A stretch of DNA of 48,902 nt from Deltaproteobacteria bacterium (GTDB lineage Bacteria > Desulfobacterota > Desulfobulbia > Desulfobulbales > S012-135). Numbering within the stretch: the stretch's first letter is position 1; each line of letters starts with the position of its first letter. Positions 46,858 to 48,902 of the stretch are shown in pieces. The DNA lies in contig WFOD01000287.1 in the NCBI GenBank assembly GCA_015488275.1, positions 1 through 48,902 of the forward strand, written 5' to 3'. The notes under the pieces are model-generated. The model had not been told where the DNA came from. It was given only the letters and a program-made list of their open reading frames with translations, and searched no databases. The position numbers and the translations under genes were made by a program.

Positions 46858-47451
46858 AAGTCACCTCTTGTTGGAGTTGACGGTTTTGCCCACGTGGAAG
46901 GGAACGCTCCACACCACTACCGTCAAATCTTTGTCAATTGACAAAGCAACGATGGCATCGTAGTGTGATAGTGTTGGCATTGGCCCTCCACATGGGCCAC
47001 TAGCCCCGCCCGCCCGGAAGTTGCAGCTTCCAGGGGTAAACTGGACGGGGCTTTTTTTATGCTGTATCCGCATAGATACTCTAGTATTCTGTTTTTAGCA
47101 AGGCAAAATCTGTTGCGGGAAAGCGACCGTGGCCCAGGAAAATATTACATTTTTGCAAGAATACGAAGTAGGGAAAGTTTTTCGCGCCCGGCCAACGCTT
47201 GCGCCTCTGGGACCCGCATTACCCCCACGCCTAGCAAGGACCCGCTTCGGCACGTCCGTTGCTTGCGCTTGTGGTGTCAAGCAGGTGACACACAATTGAC
47301 GCCGCCAGGCACAAAAAAACCCCGCTTGGTTACAGGCAACACGCTCAGTTCTGAGCCCGTTACCTGTCAATTGCCAAGAGGGGGCTGGTACGCCGGCCGG
47401 CAGTGAAACTGTATAGTCCCCGCCTGAAACATGAAATCTATGGGCAGGGGG

Positions 47452-48681
47452 TCAGCCGGCCGCTCTGAAGGGGACTACCTTTGGGGGCTTGCTGGCCGCC
47501 AGCTGGTCTAGGTAGTCGGCCCAGGTCTGCATCATCTTCCGTCGGTCTGCCAGATACTCGGATCGGTGATAGGCGGCCCGCACCTTGTTCCGTTCGGCAT
47601 GGGCAAGCTGGCGTTCGATCACGTCCGGCCGCCAGCCCATTTCATTCAGGATGGTGGATGCCGTGGCCCGGAAGCCGTGCGGGGTTGCCCGCTGGTGGTA
47701 ACCCATGCGGTACATGGCGTAGAGCAGGGTATTCTCGCTCATGGGCTTTTCGGGCTTGTTCTGCTGGGGGAAGACCAGCCGGCCATTGCCGGTCAAGGCA
47801 TGGATTTCCTGGAGCACTGCAACGGCCTGTCGGCTCAAGGGAACGATGTGCTCTTTTCTCATCTTCATCCGTTCGGCCGGAATCCGCCAGGTGGGGGCAT
47901 CTCCCTCAAGCTGGAATTCCTGCCATTCGGCGGCCCGTAATTCGCCGGGCCGGACAAAGGTCAGCAACAGCAAGCGCAGGGCCAGCTTGGTGAGAAGATG
48001 CCCGTCATAGGCGTCCAGCCTGGTCAAGAATTCGGGAAGATCGGCTTCTTTCAGGGCCGGCCGGTGGGTCACCTTTCGGGTCTTGAGAGCGCCTTGCAGG
48101 TCGGCCGCCGGGTTGCGGTCGCAGTAGCCGGCGGCAATGCCATAACGGAACACCGCGCCGCTACGCTGTAACAGACGGCTTGCAACGTCCAAGGCTCCAC
48201 GGGCCTCCACCGCCCGCAGCGCCTGGAGCAGTTCCTTGGGGGAGATTTCTGCAAGCGGTCGATGCCCGAGAACCGGGAACAGGTCTTTCTCCAGGGATTG
48301 CAGAACCCGCTTGCCGTGCTCTTCGGTCCAGCGTCCAACCTGCTTGTCGATCCATTCCCTGGCGACACGCTCAAAGGTTGTGCTGGCGCGCTTTTCCTCG
48401 GCCAGCTTGCGGGCCTTTCGTTCTTCGGCCGGGTCGATGCCGGCCTTGAGCAAGTCCTTGGCCTTGTCACGCTCCTTCCTTGCCTCGGCCAGGGAAACCT
48501 TGGGGAAGACGCCCAGACTGATTCGCTTCTCCTTGGGGCCGATCCGATACTTCAGCCGCCACCATTTGCTCCCGCTGGGGGCGACTTCGATGTACAGGCC
48601 GCCACCGTCGAACATCTTGTAGGGCTTTTCTCGTGGTTTCGCGGCCTTGATCTCAACGACAGTCAGCTTTCCGGTACTCAT
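47452..48681 (-). CDS. P4-like tyrosine integrase with arm-binding domain
   Basis: DGGGLY and KRISLGVFP.VSLAEAR arm domain; catalytic motifs VRPGELR, HGFR, QLAH and RAAY. Confidence 0.95.
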   Translation of the reverse strand: MSTGKLTVVEIKAAKPREKPYKMFDGGGLYIEVAPSGSKWWRLKYRIGPKEKRISLGVFPKVSLAEARKERDKAKDLLKAGIDPAEERKARKLAEEKRASTTFERVAREWIDKQVGRWTEEHGKRVLQSLEKDLFPVLGHRPLAEISPKELLQALRAVEARGALDVASRLLQRSGAVFRYGIAAGYCDRNPAADLQGALKTRKVTHRPALKEADLPEFLTRLDAYDGHLLTKLALRLLLLTFVRPGELRAAEWQEFQLEGDAPTWRIPAERMKMRKEHIVPLSRQAVAVLQEIHALTGNGRLVFPQQNKPEKPMSENTLLYAMYRMGYHQRATPHGFRATASTILNEMGWRPDVIERQLAHAERNKVRAAYHRSEYLADRRKMMQTWADYLDQLAASKPPKVVPFRAAG

Positions 48682-48828
48682 TGGGGCAGCTCCAGGGGGT
48701 AAGATTCCCGGTTATACACTGCGATGATTCCCAGGAATTGTTGCCCCCATTTTTGAATCTACTGCCCCCAAAGTTGCCCCCATTTGTCCCCGGATGTCAA
48801 GGGGTTTTTTTGGACGTTCTCGGACAAG

Positions 48829-48902
48829 AAAAAACCCGCAAACCGTTGTGGCTTGCGGGTTTTGTGGACTTCCTTGGAAGCCCTTGGATGTAAACATGGT
48901 GC
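48829..48902. repeat. Right att direct repeat (runs to the window edge; probably the 3' flank of a minus-strand tRNA ending GCACCA at 48902-48897)
   Basis: Matches the left copy at 43339-43412 (one mismatch). Confidence 0.8.

Larger units (their letters stand above)
43339..48902 (-). mobile_element. Minimal integrative element / phage-satellite-like island (5,490-bp repeat period)
   Basis: Contains a P4-type tyrosine integrase, AlpA and a primase-helicase-like gene. Bounded by direct repeats 43339-43412 and 48829-48902, with TTGCCCCCA arm-type repeats near both ends. Confidence 0.9.

Overview
GC-rich (visually about 60-65%) bacterial chromosome segment, most consistent with a Desulfobulbales/Desulfobacterota ('deltaproteobacterial') genome. 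1-13.4 kb is a type IV pilus locus. On the minus strand it has a short Geobacter-type pilin (PilA-N-like, 59 aa mature), a PilA-C-like partner, an ABC ATPase/permease and a TPR gene. On the plus strand it has fimT-pilW-pilV-pilX, a multidomain pilY1, a small exported protein and a PilB/GspE ATPase. 13.6-43.3 kb is mostly housekeeping: smpB-tmRNA, rtcB, bioBF, pcnB, wecB, pgpA, larC, fmt/def, priA, galU, tilS, mnmG, pgi and 5 tRNAs. It also holds a CxxCH beta-propeller gene paired with an orphan permease, a CxxCH chemoreceptor, a J-domain protein with MshEN-like repeats, MITE/REP-like repeats and an IS remnant. 43.3-48.9 kb is a minimal 5.49-kb integrative element (P4-type integrase, AlpA, Prim-Pol/DUF3987-like replication protein) between direct repeats. 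It has two exactly mirror-spaced iteron arrays, a G7-tract frameshift at the replication-gene start and a candidate antisense RNA against the integrase RBS. All calls come from reading the sequence and recognising motifs; no searches were run.
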